A stretch of 63,585 nt of DNA, counting the filler, from Chiloscyllium plagiosum (lineage: Eukaryota), in the NCBI RefSeq assembly GCF_004010195.1. It is 4 parts of one record of this genome, joined end to end, with 100 filler letters (N's around TTAATTAATTAA, not from the genome) between each part and the next. Parts side by side here need not be neighbours in the genome. Positions count along the whole stretch, not along the records: positions 1 to 28,025 come from NC_057716.1; 3 more parts are not named here. One strand, given 5' to 3'. Within the stretch, counting starts at the first letter, position 1. Each line of letters opens with the position of its first letter. This document shows, one piece after another, positions 1 through 12,604 of the stretch. The notes beneath the pieces are model-generated. The model did no database searches, was not told the DNA's origin, and worked only from the letters and a program-made list of their open reading frames with translations. The translations under genes were made by a program, and so were the position numbers.

Positions 1-199
1 TTAGTTCATGGAATGCCCTGCCAGTAGCAGTGGTGTACTCTCCCTCTTTATGGGCATTTAAGCGGGCATTGGATCGGCATATGGAGGATAGTGGGTTAGT
101 ATAGGTTAGGTGGGCTTGGATCGGCGCAACATCGAGGGCCAAAGGGCCTGTACTGCGCTGTATTGTTCTATGTTCTATGTTCTATGTTCTATGTTCTAT
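1..199 (+). mobile_element. CR1 (HER1-like) LINE 3' end with (GTTCTAT)n tail
   Basis: ORF2 C-terminal motif (WNALP...FKRALD), 3'UTR GGGCCAAAGGGCCTGTACTG, and a 7-mer tandem tail at 165-199. Confidence 0.85.
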
Positions 200-1480
200 T
201 CTTCCCCTTGGTAATGCTAACTTCATGATCCTTAGTCTCTAGTTTTCATCTCACTGTCTACTAGTCTTCTCTTCTGGTTCCCAGACCACTGCCATATTAT
301 TTTAAAGCCTCCCCAACAGCAGTAGCAAAAACTCCCCCAAAGACATTAGTTCCAGTTTGGTTCAGGCGTAGACCGTCCAATTTGTAATAGTCCCACCTCA
401 CCCAGAACCGGTCCCAATGTCCCACAAATCTGAACCCCTCCCTCCTACACTATCTCTCAAGCCACGTGGTCATCCTGCCTATTTTTTTCATTTCTGGCCT
501 GGCTAGCACATGGCACTGGTAGCTATCTTGAGATTACTTCCTTTAAGGTCCTCCTCTTTAACTTCTCTCCTAGCTCCCTGAATTCTGCTTTCAGGACCTC
601 ATCTCATTTTTTACTTGTATCATTGGTGCCTATATGCACCATGACAACTGGCTGTTCACCCTCCCCTTTAAGAATGCTCTGCAGCCGACTGGTGATATCC
701 CTGACCCGAGCACCTGGGAGGCAACATACCATCCAGGAGTCTCGTTTTTGGCCACAGAATCGCCTATCTACTCCCCTCACAATAGAATCCCCTTTGACTG
801 TGAGTCTTTTTCCCACCCTCTGTAAAGCAGAACCCACCACGGTGCCATGATCCTGGACAACTGCTGCCCTCCCCTGGTAAGCCATCTCCTCCAACAGTAT
901 TCAAAACGGTATACCTGTTTTGGAGGGAGATGACCGGAGGGGACACCTGCACTGCCTTCCGACTCTTTTTCTGCCTACCATTCATTGTCTCTCAGCAATT
1001 CTAATCTGTGTGTGACCAATTCACTAAATGTGCTATCCACAACCCCCTCAGCATCGTGGATGCTCCACAGTGAGTTCATCTGCAGCTCCAGAGCCGTAAT
1101 GTGGTCAAACAAGAGCTGCAGCTGGACACACGTCTTGCAAGTGTAAGAGCCAGGGACATGAGCCATTTCCCTAAGCTCCCACATCAAGCAAGAGGCACAT
1201 GCCACGGGTCTGAGGTCCCCTGCCATTGTAAGCCTTGGCTTTATATCAACGAACTAAAACCAAATAATGCACTTAAATGTGCAAAAGAAAAGAAAAAATC
1301 CTACCTTGCAGAGTCTTTTTCTTCTAGTTAGAGGAGGAGGCGTGGGAGGGAGATATCACATATGTAGTATCTCATGTTTAGCCGCTGCCCAAATTTATAC
1401 TAAGTCCTTACCTTCCCGGCACCCTCCTGGTCTCCAACTCATCTCTGCTGTCTCCTGCTGCTCCCAGACAGGAAAAAGGA
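200..1480 (-). mobile_element. CR1 LINE 5' part: degenerate ORF1 (Cys zinc finger + SGNH/GDSL esterase)
   Basis: ORF 975-1226 has CxxC...CxxC (ACASC, TCKTC). ORF 604-894 has GDSIVR, LPGARV and HIGTND, the SGNH blocks typical of vertebrate CR1 ORF1. The frame is broken by frameshifts. Confidence 0.85.
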
Positions 1481-2082
1481 AGTACAGCAACCCAGCAGAG
1501 CACTCTGTGATTCATTTCTGTCAGCCCTCAAATTTGTTTGAAATGTAACCTACTGACTGCACAAGAAAGCAACATTAAATTAACACTGTTCTGATATATT
1601 AACGTTTGCGTTAATAGATATAAATGCAAATACTATTTCTTACCTGCTCTCAAATTGCATATTGATTTCCTGAACCAAGATAATTTCTCACTACTGTACT
1701 CATCTCATCCTTTACTAACTGTGCTATCCCACCCTTTTTCATATTTTCCTGTCTTTCTGAAATGTTAATTACCCTTAAATATACAGAGTAACCAGCTCTG
1801 GTAACCTTTTAAGTACACCTCTGTAATACTTGTGTAATCATATTAATTTATTTCTCTTTGTCTATCAATATACCCATCTTGTTACACATGCTGCATATAG
1901 TCAGATGTAACTTAAAATGACTGAACTAAAATTTATCATTTTTTCCTTACTCTGACATTACTTGCGGTCACTCTTACCTTTATGTGCCCTATCCTGTTCT
2001 GTTATGTACTGGTTAGCATTCCACTTCTCATTACCATCTATCATTACTGTGTTCTTTCTCTTCAATTGAGAAACAAATTTGT

Positions 2083-4750
2083 CATGAGATCTCAGTTATC
2101 TGTAAGAATATTAGGGTGGCTATGGTAGGGGATTTTAACTTTGCAGACATAGACTCAGACTGCCATAGTGTTAAGAGCTTAGATAGACGGAATTTGTTAA
2201 GTGTGTACAAGAACATTTTCTGATTCAAAAAATGTAGATGTATCTACTTGAGAAGGTGCAGATCTTGATCTACTCATGCGAAATAAGGCAGGGCAGGAGC
2301 CTGAGATGTCAGTAGGGGAGCACTTTGGGACCAGCGACTATAATTCTATTAGTTTTAAAATAGAGAAGGAAAAAGATAGACCAGATCTAGATGTTAAAGT
2401 TCTAAATTGGAGGAAGGTCAATTTTGATGCTTTTAGGCAAGAACTTTCAATAGCTGATTGGGCGCAGATGTTCACAGGTAAAGGATCAGGTGGAAAATGG
2501 AAAGCCTTCAAAAATGAGATATCAAGAATCCAGAGACAGTATATTCCTGTCAGGGTGAAAGGAAAGGCTGGTAGGTACAGGGAATGCTGGATGATGAGAG
2601 ATATTGAGGTTTTGGTCAAGAGAAAGAAGGAAGCATATGTCAAGTACAGACATGATAGATCAAGTGAATCCTTAGAAGAATATAAAGGCAGTAGAAATAT
2701 ACTTAAGGGGGAAATCAGGAGGGCAAAAAGGGGACATGGGATAGTTTTGGCAAATAAGGTTAAGAAGAATCCAAAGGGATCTTATAAATACATTAAGGAC
2801 AAAAAGTAATAAGGAAAATGCTAAGCGAGTATTTTGCATCAATGTTTACAGTGGAGAAGGATATGGAAGACATAGAACATGGGGAAATAAATAGAGTCAT
2901 CTTGTAAACTGTCCATGTTACAGAGGAGGTGGTGCTGGACACCTTAAAACACATAAAGATGGATAAAACTCTAAGACCTGATCAGGTGTACCCTAGAACT
3001 CTGTGAGAAACTAGGGAAGTGATTGCTGGGCCTCTTGCTGAGATACTTGGATCATCGATTGTCACAGGTGAGGTGCTAGAAGACTGAGGTTGGCAAACGC
3101 GGTGCCACTATTTAAGTCAGGGGGTAAGAACAAGCCAGGGAATGATAGACCAGTGAGCCTGACATCGGTGGTGGGCAAATTGATGGAGAGAATCCTGAAA
3201 GATAGGATGTACATGTATTTAGAAAGGTAAGGACTGATTAGGGATAGTCAATATGGTTTTGTGCGAGGGAAATCATGTCTCACTAACTTGATTGAGGTTT
3301 TGAAGATGTACCAAAGAAGGTTGATGAAGGAAGAGTGGTGGTCGTGATCTATATGGACTTCAGTAAGATGTTCAACAAGGTTCCTCGCAGGAGAGTGGTT
3401 AGCAAGGTTAGATCATATGGAGTTGAAGAGTGTGGTGATGGAAAAGCACAGCAGGTCAGGCAGCATCTGAGAAGCAGGAGAGTTGATGCTTCAGGCATAA
3501 GCCTTTCATCAGGAAGCCCCCCCCAGATGAAAGGCTTATGCCTGAACATTGACTCTCCTGCTCCTTGGATGCTGTCTGACCTGCTGTGCTTTTCCAGCAC
3601 CATACTTTTCAACACTGACTCTCCAGCATCTGCAGTCCTTACTTTCTCTTAGACTATGTGGAAATACAGAGAGAACTAGCCATTTGGGTACAGAACTGGC
3701 TTGAAGGTAGAAGACAGATGTGGATGGTGGTGGAGGGTTGCTTTTCAGACTGGAAGCCTTTGACCAGTGGTGTGTCACCAGGATTGGTGCTGGGTCCACT
3801 GCTTTTTATCATTTAGATGAATGATTTGGATGTGAACATAGGAGGTATGGTTGGTAAGTTTGCAGATGACACCAAAATTGGAGGTGGCGTGGACAGCAGA
3901 GAAGGTTACCTCAGGCTATGGTTGGATGTTGATCAGATGAGCCAATGATGAGAGTGGCAGTTGGAGTTTAATTTAGATAAATGTGAAGTGCTGCATCTTG
4001 GAAAGGCAAATCAAAGCTTAATGGTAAGGTCCTGGGGAGTGTTGTTGAATGAACAGACCTTAGAGTGCAGGTACACAGTTCCTTGAAAGTGGAGTCACAG
4101 ATAGATAGGATAGTAAAGAAGGTGTTTAGTATGCCTGCCTTTATTGGTCAGTGCACTGAGTATGGGGGTTGGGAGGTCATGTTGCAGCTATACAGGACAC
4201 TGGCTAGGCCACTTTTGAAATACTGTGTGCAATTCTGTTTCCCTGCTATATGAAGGAAGTTAAATTTTAAAGGGTTCAGAGAAGATTTACAAGGATGTTG
4301 CCAGGGTTGGAGGGTTTGAGCTATAGGGAGAGGCTGAATTGGCTGGGCTGTTTTTACTGGAATGTCGGATGCTGAGGGGTGACCTTATAGAGGTTTATAG
4401 AATCATGAGGGACATGGATGGGGTAAATAGACAAAGTCTTTTCCCTGGGCTGGATGCGTCCAATACTAGAGGGTATAGGCTTGGGGTGAGAGAGGAAATA
4501 TTTAAGAGACTGAAAGGGCAACTTTTTCACGCAGAGGGTGATATGTGAATGGGATAAGCTGCTAGTGGAAGTGGTAGAGGCTGGTAGAATTACACTTACA
4601 ATTTAAAAGGCATCTGGATGGGTACATGAATGGGAAGGGTTTAGAGGGATATGGGCCAAGTGCTGGCAAATGGGACTAGATTAATTTTGGGATACTCTGG
4701 TCGGCATGGAGGAGTTGGAGCAAAGGGTCTGTTTCCATACTGTACATTTG
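2083..4750 (+). mobile_element. Degenerate CR1 LINE ORF2 (end of APE endonuclease, RT) and 3'UTR
   Basis: GDFNF, EHFGTSDYN, YMDFSK, KFADDTK and LRGDLIEVY motifs with many stops and frameshifts. Confidence 0.9.
3424..3649. mobile_element. Fold-back (inverted pLTR) Penelope-like mini-element, family A, inserted in the CR1
   Basis: Two inverted arms (GGAAAAGCACAGCAGGTCAGGCAGCATC vs GATGCTGTCTGACCTGCTGTGCTTTTCC) around a degenerate hammerhead. Confidence 0.8.
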
Positions 4751-5519
4751 AACGACTAATCCAGCTAAATGGGAAAGCATGAATCCAAAACAATTAATGT
4801 GCACAAAGAAGTCACTTTGTGTTAGCTGTATTGCAGGTTTCATTTTGAAACATTATTTGAATGAACAACAACCACTATGATGAAACCCCAGCAGTCTTAG
4901 TTCTGCCAAATCTGGGCCATGCTATGCCTACTACCCTTTGGGCAATAAATCTTGACTAATGCATTATTCAGCTAAATCCAACAAAATCCTGTTTCACATG
5001 GAGATAGACCCACATAACTGAATCATGGAGTGTTTTGGCAGACACACCTCAGAAATATTCAAATAATTGAGGAAACTTGTGCTTTGTCATGTTTCACTGG
5101 CAAGCTGCCTCAAATCAGTCACTTGTGAACTTACTCGGAGAAAACAATATATTGTCACTTCTACATTGTGGTTACACCAAAACTCTGCCAGAAATTCTGG
5201 GCTAATCCTTCTCTCCAATAATTATAAGCTTTGCAGTGAGCCAAGAGCATGTACTGAGACAACAGTGGTTTGAAAGCAATCAATAATCATTTCAGACATG
5301 ACTGATTAGTACTGGCCTTTGAGATGAAAAGATTTTCAGTTGTGAACAGCATATACAAAAACATATGAAACCATCATTCTGTTTCCTGAACGCTGTCGTA
5401 TTGAAATAGTTGCTATTTGTTAGTTGTCCCCTCATGCTTATATTTTCACTGCTGTGTTCATGTTATATATAATCTATTAGGATTTGCCAGATCACAAGCA
5501 ATAACTTTAAAATTGTCAT

Positions 5520-5940
5520 ATTGAGTCATTAAATCAGACAGAATGGAAACACACCCTTTAGTCCATATTGTCCATATTGTCCATATTGTCCATGCCGACC
5601 ACGTTTTCTAAACTAACCTAGTTCCACTAGCCTGCATTTGGCCCATATCCCTCTAAACCTTTCCTATTCATGTACCGATCCAAATGTCTTTTACATGTTG
5701 TACCCGCATCTACCACTTCCTCTGGTAGTTCACTCCACATATGAACTGCCCACTATGGGAAAAGGTTGCCCCTCAGGTCCCTTTTTTCCTCTCACTTTAA
5801 CAATATGCCCTCTAGTTTTAAATCCCCCACTAGGGAAAAGACTTTTGCTATTCACCTCATCTATGTCCCACATGATTTTATAAACCTCTATAAGGTCACC
5901 CCTCAAGCTTTTACACTGTGGTAAAAAAAAGTCCCAGCCT
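5520..5940 (-). mobile_element. CR1 LINE 3' fragment
   Basis: LRGDLIEVYKIM in ORF 5730-5972 and a reverse-complemented CR1 3'UTR; local (TGTCCATAT)n repeat at ~5562-5594. Confidence 0.8.
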
Positions 5941-7039
5941 CTGCAGGATTTCATGGCATTATTTCTGGGCATTAGCGTTTTAGTATCTTGTCATAATGAA
6001 CTTTGGTGAGGCCAACTTTGGTGTAGCGTGTACAGTTTAGGTCACCTTGCTTTGGAAGGATATTATTAAATTGGAGAGAGTTCAGAAAATCTATAGGTTC
6101 ATAATGTATAAGCAATGAACTGACTGAATGAATTCAGATATTATAGGAGTACATCCACTCTACTGAGAAACTTGAATGGCGCAAAGAGGAAATTATGGAC
6201 CAAGTGATCACTTATAAAGATCATTTTCTCCAGGGACTATTGCACAGATTAGTTTTATCGCTTACTCAAAGCCATTTTCATATGCCCAATCTTCCATTAA
6301 AAAAACACAAACGGTTGAGACTTTGCTGATTTTATCAGTGGTTTTTCATACTGCTGCAACTCACACTTAGTAATATTGGCATAAGTGGTGTGCCAGCACT
6401 CTCACTTATTGTTAGAAATTGCTTGTGTGATTATAGTAAAACATTTTATTAGCTTCTATATAGGGTCATCCGTAGCTAGAAAATAGTCCCTAATAACAAG
6501 TGGAATGTCTGTATTCTAACTTATACCATTTTAACAGGGTGGTATGAAGATACGCAGAGTGATCAATCACACTGTAAGGAGATTAGCCTGATGAGCATTA
6601 CAATTGATAAGTCCTTAATATCTATGGGCCAATGGGAATAAACTGGACATTATTGTGCATATTTACTGGAGTAAATTGGAATATATTGCCAAAATCAGAC
6701 ACACCAAAGATCCCAAAAGGATAATCCACCCAATGTATAGTTATAACACTTTCAGACATCTATGACAGCCACATTAAACACAAATTAGACTGTCTCTATT
6801 TGTTAATGACAATCCCTAATGTCTATTTTGGGACACCCTCAGGGGATTTGGGTTGCCTGTGTGGAGCAGGTAGTGACCATTCAAAATATAAAAAGCTCCA
6901 GTGAATTCCTACTTTCACTCATGTTGGCTGAGAGTGAAATGCTGGACAAAAACATCAGGACATACTCATCTCTGACTACGCCGTGAGGTTACTCTGTGCA
7001 CACAAGCAAACAGTTTTCATTTAGTATCCCAAGTGAAAA

Positions 7040-8690
7040 GTATGCTCCTGAAGTGTCTTGACAGGGTAGATGCAGAGAGGATGTTTACTCTTATGGGGTA
7101 ACCTAGGGATAATTGTTTAAAAATACAGCCCCCCCCCACTTAGATTAGATTATATATAAAAATACAGTGAAAAGTGTTTTTTTAATGTTATATGCAGTGT
7201 CACCATGCTGTGGTGCCATCTTGAAACACTGAATATAACGCATGATTTTACTGCAATAAAGTTCATCTTTCTCTTTTCTTCTTGTTCCTCCTCTGCTGCT
7301 CCTCCTGTTCTGCTTGACATTGACCAGAGTCTCTGAAACGGACTCCTAAGTCTCTGTAATGAGCTTTGGGGTCTCAGTTACAGGTCACTGCCACGTCATT
7401 CCTGTGATGACTGCATCCAAGCTGGAATCATAGGCCTGGGCTTGGCTGGTTCTGTACCTTTTGTTTCCCCTCCGATGCTCCTCCAGACACTGCCACCGAT
7501 CCACCACATGTCCCTTTGGCCGATGCTGTTACGGACCAGGCCGGACCCCCTAAAAATATTTTAAGAATGTAGCCTAGACCCTAATTTTTTTTTATTTTAA
7601 AGGGAGATGTGTGTGGATATTCCAGGAGTGATGCAGCTGGTCAAACCACTTCGCTTTAAGCAAAAGAGAATTTATTTGAACACTACGGTTGAAACACAAA
7701 CAAAAAGTGGAATTTAGAATAAATCAACTACTGGAAAACTTAACCGACCCACTACGACAACTTACCTAATTAACTGTTCCAATATAGTAACATCCCTCAA
7801 ACACAACCCTTGGCAGATTCAAATGCAGATTCATGCAGGCTAGAGGGAAAAACATTGAGAGAGAGATTTTACAGTAAGTCAGAGGAATCCTTTACTGAAG
7901 CTAGCAACTCCCCTGGACTCACAAAACTTGTGACTGCTGCAGCTAAAAACAAACTAGAAAAGACCAGGGAGAATTGGCCATTCCCCTTCCATTTTTAAAC
8001 TAGACTCTTTTTCACCTCTGCCTTTATGACCTCTCTTCAAAAAAAAACCAAGGCCAAAGCCACCTTTTTGAAGTGATAGCATCATCACAATGCTTCCACT
8101 CCTTCAGGCGACTGGGCCTGGCTGTAGACCTGGACCCTTGGCACATCCTGAGAGTCTGGGATGGGAGAGCCAGCCCGAGACGTGCTCCTTCCTCACAGGG
8201 AGACCCTGGGATGGAGTGGAGCCATGATTGGCTCGTTGCTACTGCTGCCACTGGGTGACTGCTCCTTCACCCACCACTCTCCAGGCTTTAAAGAAACGAA
8301 AATGAAGAAAAAAATTTTTAAAAAGGGGAAAAAGAGCATAAGTAACAAGAAGAAAGGCAGGAAGAAAAGGAGAAAGAAATCAGGTGGGAGCAGATAAGCC
8401 CTGGGCTCAGCCCTGCTAATCTGTCACCATATTTATTTTGATTTAGACAGAGATGAGTGATTTTTTTTCCCCCTGCAAAGAAACATAAGTCTTTAGAACT
8501 CTCTTCCTGAAAGGTAGTGGATGCAGTGCCTTGAATATTTTTAAGGCAGTGCTGGATAGATTTTTGTTAACCAAGGAAATAAAGGGTTATCCCGGGTAGG
8601 CAGGAATGTGAACTATTTGTTGGTCATAATCCTATAAATGGTGGAATGAATTTGAGGGGTTGAATGGCCTACTTCTGTTGAATGTGCCCT
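7040..8690 (+). mobile_element. CR1 3' fragment split into ~7040-7130 and ~8440-8690 by a nested insertion
   Basis: CTTGACAGGGTAGATGCAGAGAGGATGTTT at the start; resumes with AGACAGAGATGAG...TTTTTAAGGCAG...TTGAATGGCCTACTTC. Confidence 0.6.
7527..8089. mobile_element. Probable solo LTR (Gypsy-like)
   Basis: TGTTACG...CATCACA termini (TG...CA, imperfect inverted ends) flanked by 4-bp ATGC duplication at 7523-7526 and 8090-8093. Confidence 0.7.
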
Positions 8691-8949
8691 GTCTGTACAT
8701 CATCACCACTGCAGAGGAAGGAACCATGACAATCACAAGGGTAGTTCCACAGAGACAAGGCAATGAAGAAAGGGGCATTCCTTATGGAGCTGGTGAAATG
8801 CAATTTGTAGTTAAAGGGGTTCACATTTCTCCCCCACCAAAGTGCATGGCAAACATTCAGCTGTTCTGGGAAGCCTCAGCACTGAAGGGGCTTCTGCTTT
8901 GAAAGATTAGTTCTCAGGATCTCTCCTTGTGTCTTCCACAGATTCTGAT

Positions 8950-9294
8950 TTTAAAAATCACACAATGCCAGGTTATAATCCAACAGATTTATTTGGAAGC
9001 ATTAACTTTTGGAGCGCTGCTCCTTCATCAGGTAGCTGTGGAGCAGGATCATAAGACACAGAATTTATAGCAAAAGACCACAGTGTTGTGCATGCAACTG
9101 AAACGATACATTGAACAATGACGCTGTGATCTTTTGCTATACACTCTGTATCTTATGATCCTATCCCACTGGTTACCTGATAAAGGAGCAGTACTCCGAA
9201 AGCTAGTGCTTCCAAATAAACCTGTTGGACTATAACCAGGTGTTGTGTGAATTTTAACTTTGTTTGCCTCAGTCCAACACCAGCACCTACACAT
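8950..9294. mobile_element. Fold-back Penelope-like mini-element, family B
   Basis: Inverted arms AAAAATCACACAATGCCAGGTTATA... vs ...TATAACCAGGTGTTGTGTGAATTTT; 13-bp TSD CACAGA(T/C)TCTGAT at 8937-8949 and 9295-9307. Confidence 0.8.
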
Positions 9295-9552
9295 CACAGA
9301 CTCTGATGCGGAGGAAGAATAAAGGATCATGTAGTAGCTCCTGGGCATTCAAGAAAACTGAGAGAACAGAGACTAGGCTGTCACATCTTATAAGTGACCG
9401 CCTCGTCTGTCCAGCTACGTTCACATCAGTGGATTCAGACATGACAAAATAAGGTGGCAGACTGAGTGAGGTGATCAGAGAGGAAGAAGTATCTGTTGGG
9501 AGGATGGAGGGCAGACACAGTCAATGCTTAGTTAGGTGCGGGGTCTCAGCAG

Positions 9553-9850
9553 TTATAGAGTCATAGAGATGTACAGCATGGAAACAGACCCTTTGGTCCA
9601 ACCTGTCCATGCCGACCAGATATCTCAACCCAATCTAGTCCCACCTGCCAGCACCTGGCCCATATCCCTCCAAACCCTTCCTATTCATATACCCATCCAA
9701 ATGCCTCTTAAATGTCGCAATTGTACCAGCCTCCACCACATCTTATGGCAGATCATTCCATACACGTACCACCCTCTGCTTGAAAAAGTTGCCCCTTAGG
9801 TCTCTTCTTTACTCTCCCCTCTCACCCTAAACCTATGCCCTCTAGTTCTC
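9553..9850 (-). mobile_element. CR1 LINE 3' end
   Basis: AGAGTCATAGAG tail and reverse-complemented CR1 3'UTR (GGAAACAGACCC...CCCACCTGCCAGCAC). Confidence 0.85.
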
Positions 9851-12604
9851 ACAGGAAAAGAGGCTCTATTTTGACCAGCAGCACAGGCTGTGCCAACACA
9901 TATCAAAGGTCCCTGAGGCAATGCACAGCAGAATGCTCACGTGGAGAACGCGGCAGGTACCAGTAACAGAAATAGGACGTTCGATTGGCAACAGTGCATA
10001 TTACATCCCAGTAAAGCAAAGGCACTTAAACGGATGGGAAAGAAATGAGCACTCAGAAAATCCACAAATGGCAGGTGCAGGAAGAAATGCGATATGCTTC
10101 ATGCCATGAAGGAAACTCGCCAGCTGAAACCCGACCCGTTCTGGTGAGGGACATGAGTGCAAAGAGAGAGAGACTAGGTCATAACAGCATTAATCAGCAA
10201 ATTAATCAGAGGCTCCAGTAGTGTATGGATGTCTCAGCAGTACAGGACATAAAGACTGAGGATAATTTCTTCTTGCATAACATAACAAGTGACTGGATGA
10301 CTTATGGCATCCAGATACTGATGCTGAAGGTTTTGAGAAGAAGAATTGGAAATAATTAACAACAGAATAGAAGTTTATAGGCCATTTTCCCTGGAAGAAC
10401 ACCAGTGAAGCCTCAGCATTTTCTAAGGCAACAAGCAGCTCACAATACCTGAGTCTTGGATTGCACAGGGAGAAAAGCAGATCGTAAAATCCAAGCCAAT
10501 GTTGAACATTCAGAGATGATTCATTTATATAAAAGTCAGGTGAAGTGTACAAGTGAATCTCATCAGCAAGAATGGAAACCCTTCAGGTTTCTTTCAGTAA
10601 AGGAGCAGAAATCCAAACTACAGAGCTTCTATAGGTGAGGATTATCTTAGAAATACTTAAAATTGTGAATCAAATGGAGCTTCACCATGTGAAAATTAAG
10701 CAAGATTTCAAGTAGTCCACTTACTTGAAAGCTGAAGTACAAGCCCAGACAATAACAGTGATACAGTATTAGCAAGCTTCAGAAACTGAAAGGGAACCAT
10801 TTCTGAAAGGGAAATGAACTGGTTCAGCAGCTGCTTGATAAGGTAACAAAATAAAACAATAACTTACAGATAATGCACTCCAACATCAGCCACCAACTGG
10901 AAGATGTCCAAAGGGCAGTAAAGTTATAGAATACGAATGACCACAGCCAGTTTGTGAACAGGCAGAGTTAACAGTCCACAACAAACAGCACAGAAAGAAA
11001 TAGGAACTCACAACTTAGAAAAAAAAGCTTGCAGACGATGTCCGTAGGTCCTGTGCAGAGATAGTCAGAGTTCTTACACATCAGGTACCCTGAAAGGAGA
11101 AAAGGTCTCTTTTATAATGAAATATTCAGAGCTTAAAGATCACTATGAATTATTAACTGAGGAAAACATTCTGTTCGAATCTGCAAATGATGAGCTTATC
11201 TCTAAAATCAAAAGTTTTGAATGAAAGAATGGAAAACTTACAGAAGACTCTTTCAGAAAAAAAAAGCACTTATTAATGAAAAAGATCAACTCCAGAATAA
11301 TTAAAATATTTTAAAGGAGTTGAACAAAAATGAAGGAAGCTGCATACTTTAAACCCTCAACAGCTCACAAGTTCAAACTCTCTAGTAAGACTACTAGGGA
11401 GGTGACCGTCTCTGTATGTCCTGACATTGTCCTTTGTCAAATCTGCAGATTAAGGTATTGCTGAAGAGCTTCCAATGGATTGCACCCCTCATGAAGGAAG
11501 CCTGGAAGACCACTTTTATAGTTGTCTCTTGTTCGTGATGCTTGGACCACACTTTTTCCTGGCACCCCCGGAACCTTGAGTTGCAGAGGGGAGCAGTTTC
11601 CATTTGAAGGATGTCTAGTGGTTCTCCTGCTACTTCAGAACCCTGAGATGTTATCATCTTCTCCATAACAATCTTGCATGAGTATGGAACTAACACCACT
11701 GCTTATACGCTCCAATTATTATCAGAGGCTGGAGCCCCAATCTGTCAAAGGTTTCCCCACCAAGGGGCACCACATTAAGTACATCCTCATCCTGAAAAAT
11801 GGCCGGGAATATGCTTGTAGATTAATGCAATGGTGAGAAGAGATGTTGAGGGTCACACAAGTAGGTGAAAAGAGTTTAATTCATGTCAAAACGATAACAG
11901 TTAAATGGGTAATGTAAAAGAACCTGGGGAATGATGGAAATGATTGGGAATTATACATTTACTCCAAAGAGAGCTACACTGAATAGCTGTGAAAGGAACT
12001 AAGACATAGTGGTGACAAATTATATTGAACTATAGCCTGTGTTTACATGGCTGCAAAAACATGTCCTCTCCTGTCATATCTTGTAAATATTTTGTTAATA
12101 CAGTTTGTTAAAGTTCACTCATGAAAGTGTGGACAACACCTTTTCTTAACATGCACATTGCTCTATATTTTGAATGCATGAGCTCTTCCCGTGAGCCAGT
12201 GATTAATCACTCAGAAAGTCATATGAGGACATGTCTGATTCTACCTGTGTTGCACCTTGATGGACTCAGTCTATCCTCCTTCCACAGTGCAACATGTGTT
12301 CCACCACCAAAATCCTAAATTAGCCCTCAATGAGCTGACAATAAACTTGTTAACAAAATTAACTGGCCTCATTCCCAAACTGGGTAGATTTCTGGGGCCC
12401 ACCTCCTGTTGCTGTCAGGAAAACTGCCGCTGTCAGTAATTGTGATGACAAACTGAAATGCTAGCAGATTTTTAGCATGTACTCACCTCTGTTTCCAGTC
12501 TCACTTTGACCTAAAAATCCTCGCTCTAGCTTCCAATAAATCACAAATGGTGGTGTCCATTGTTATATAATGTTACATTACAAAGTATGTGTGTGTGTGT
12601 GTCT

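Noticed and set aside
6405..6450. Minus-strand IITQA resembling PGAP1 exon 4 LITQATPH
   Set aside because: In-frame stop a few codons upstream and no GHSMGG motif
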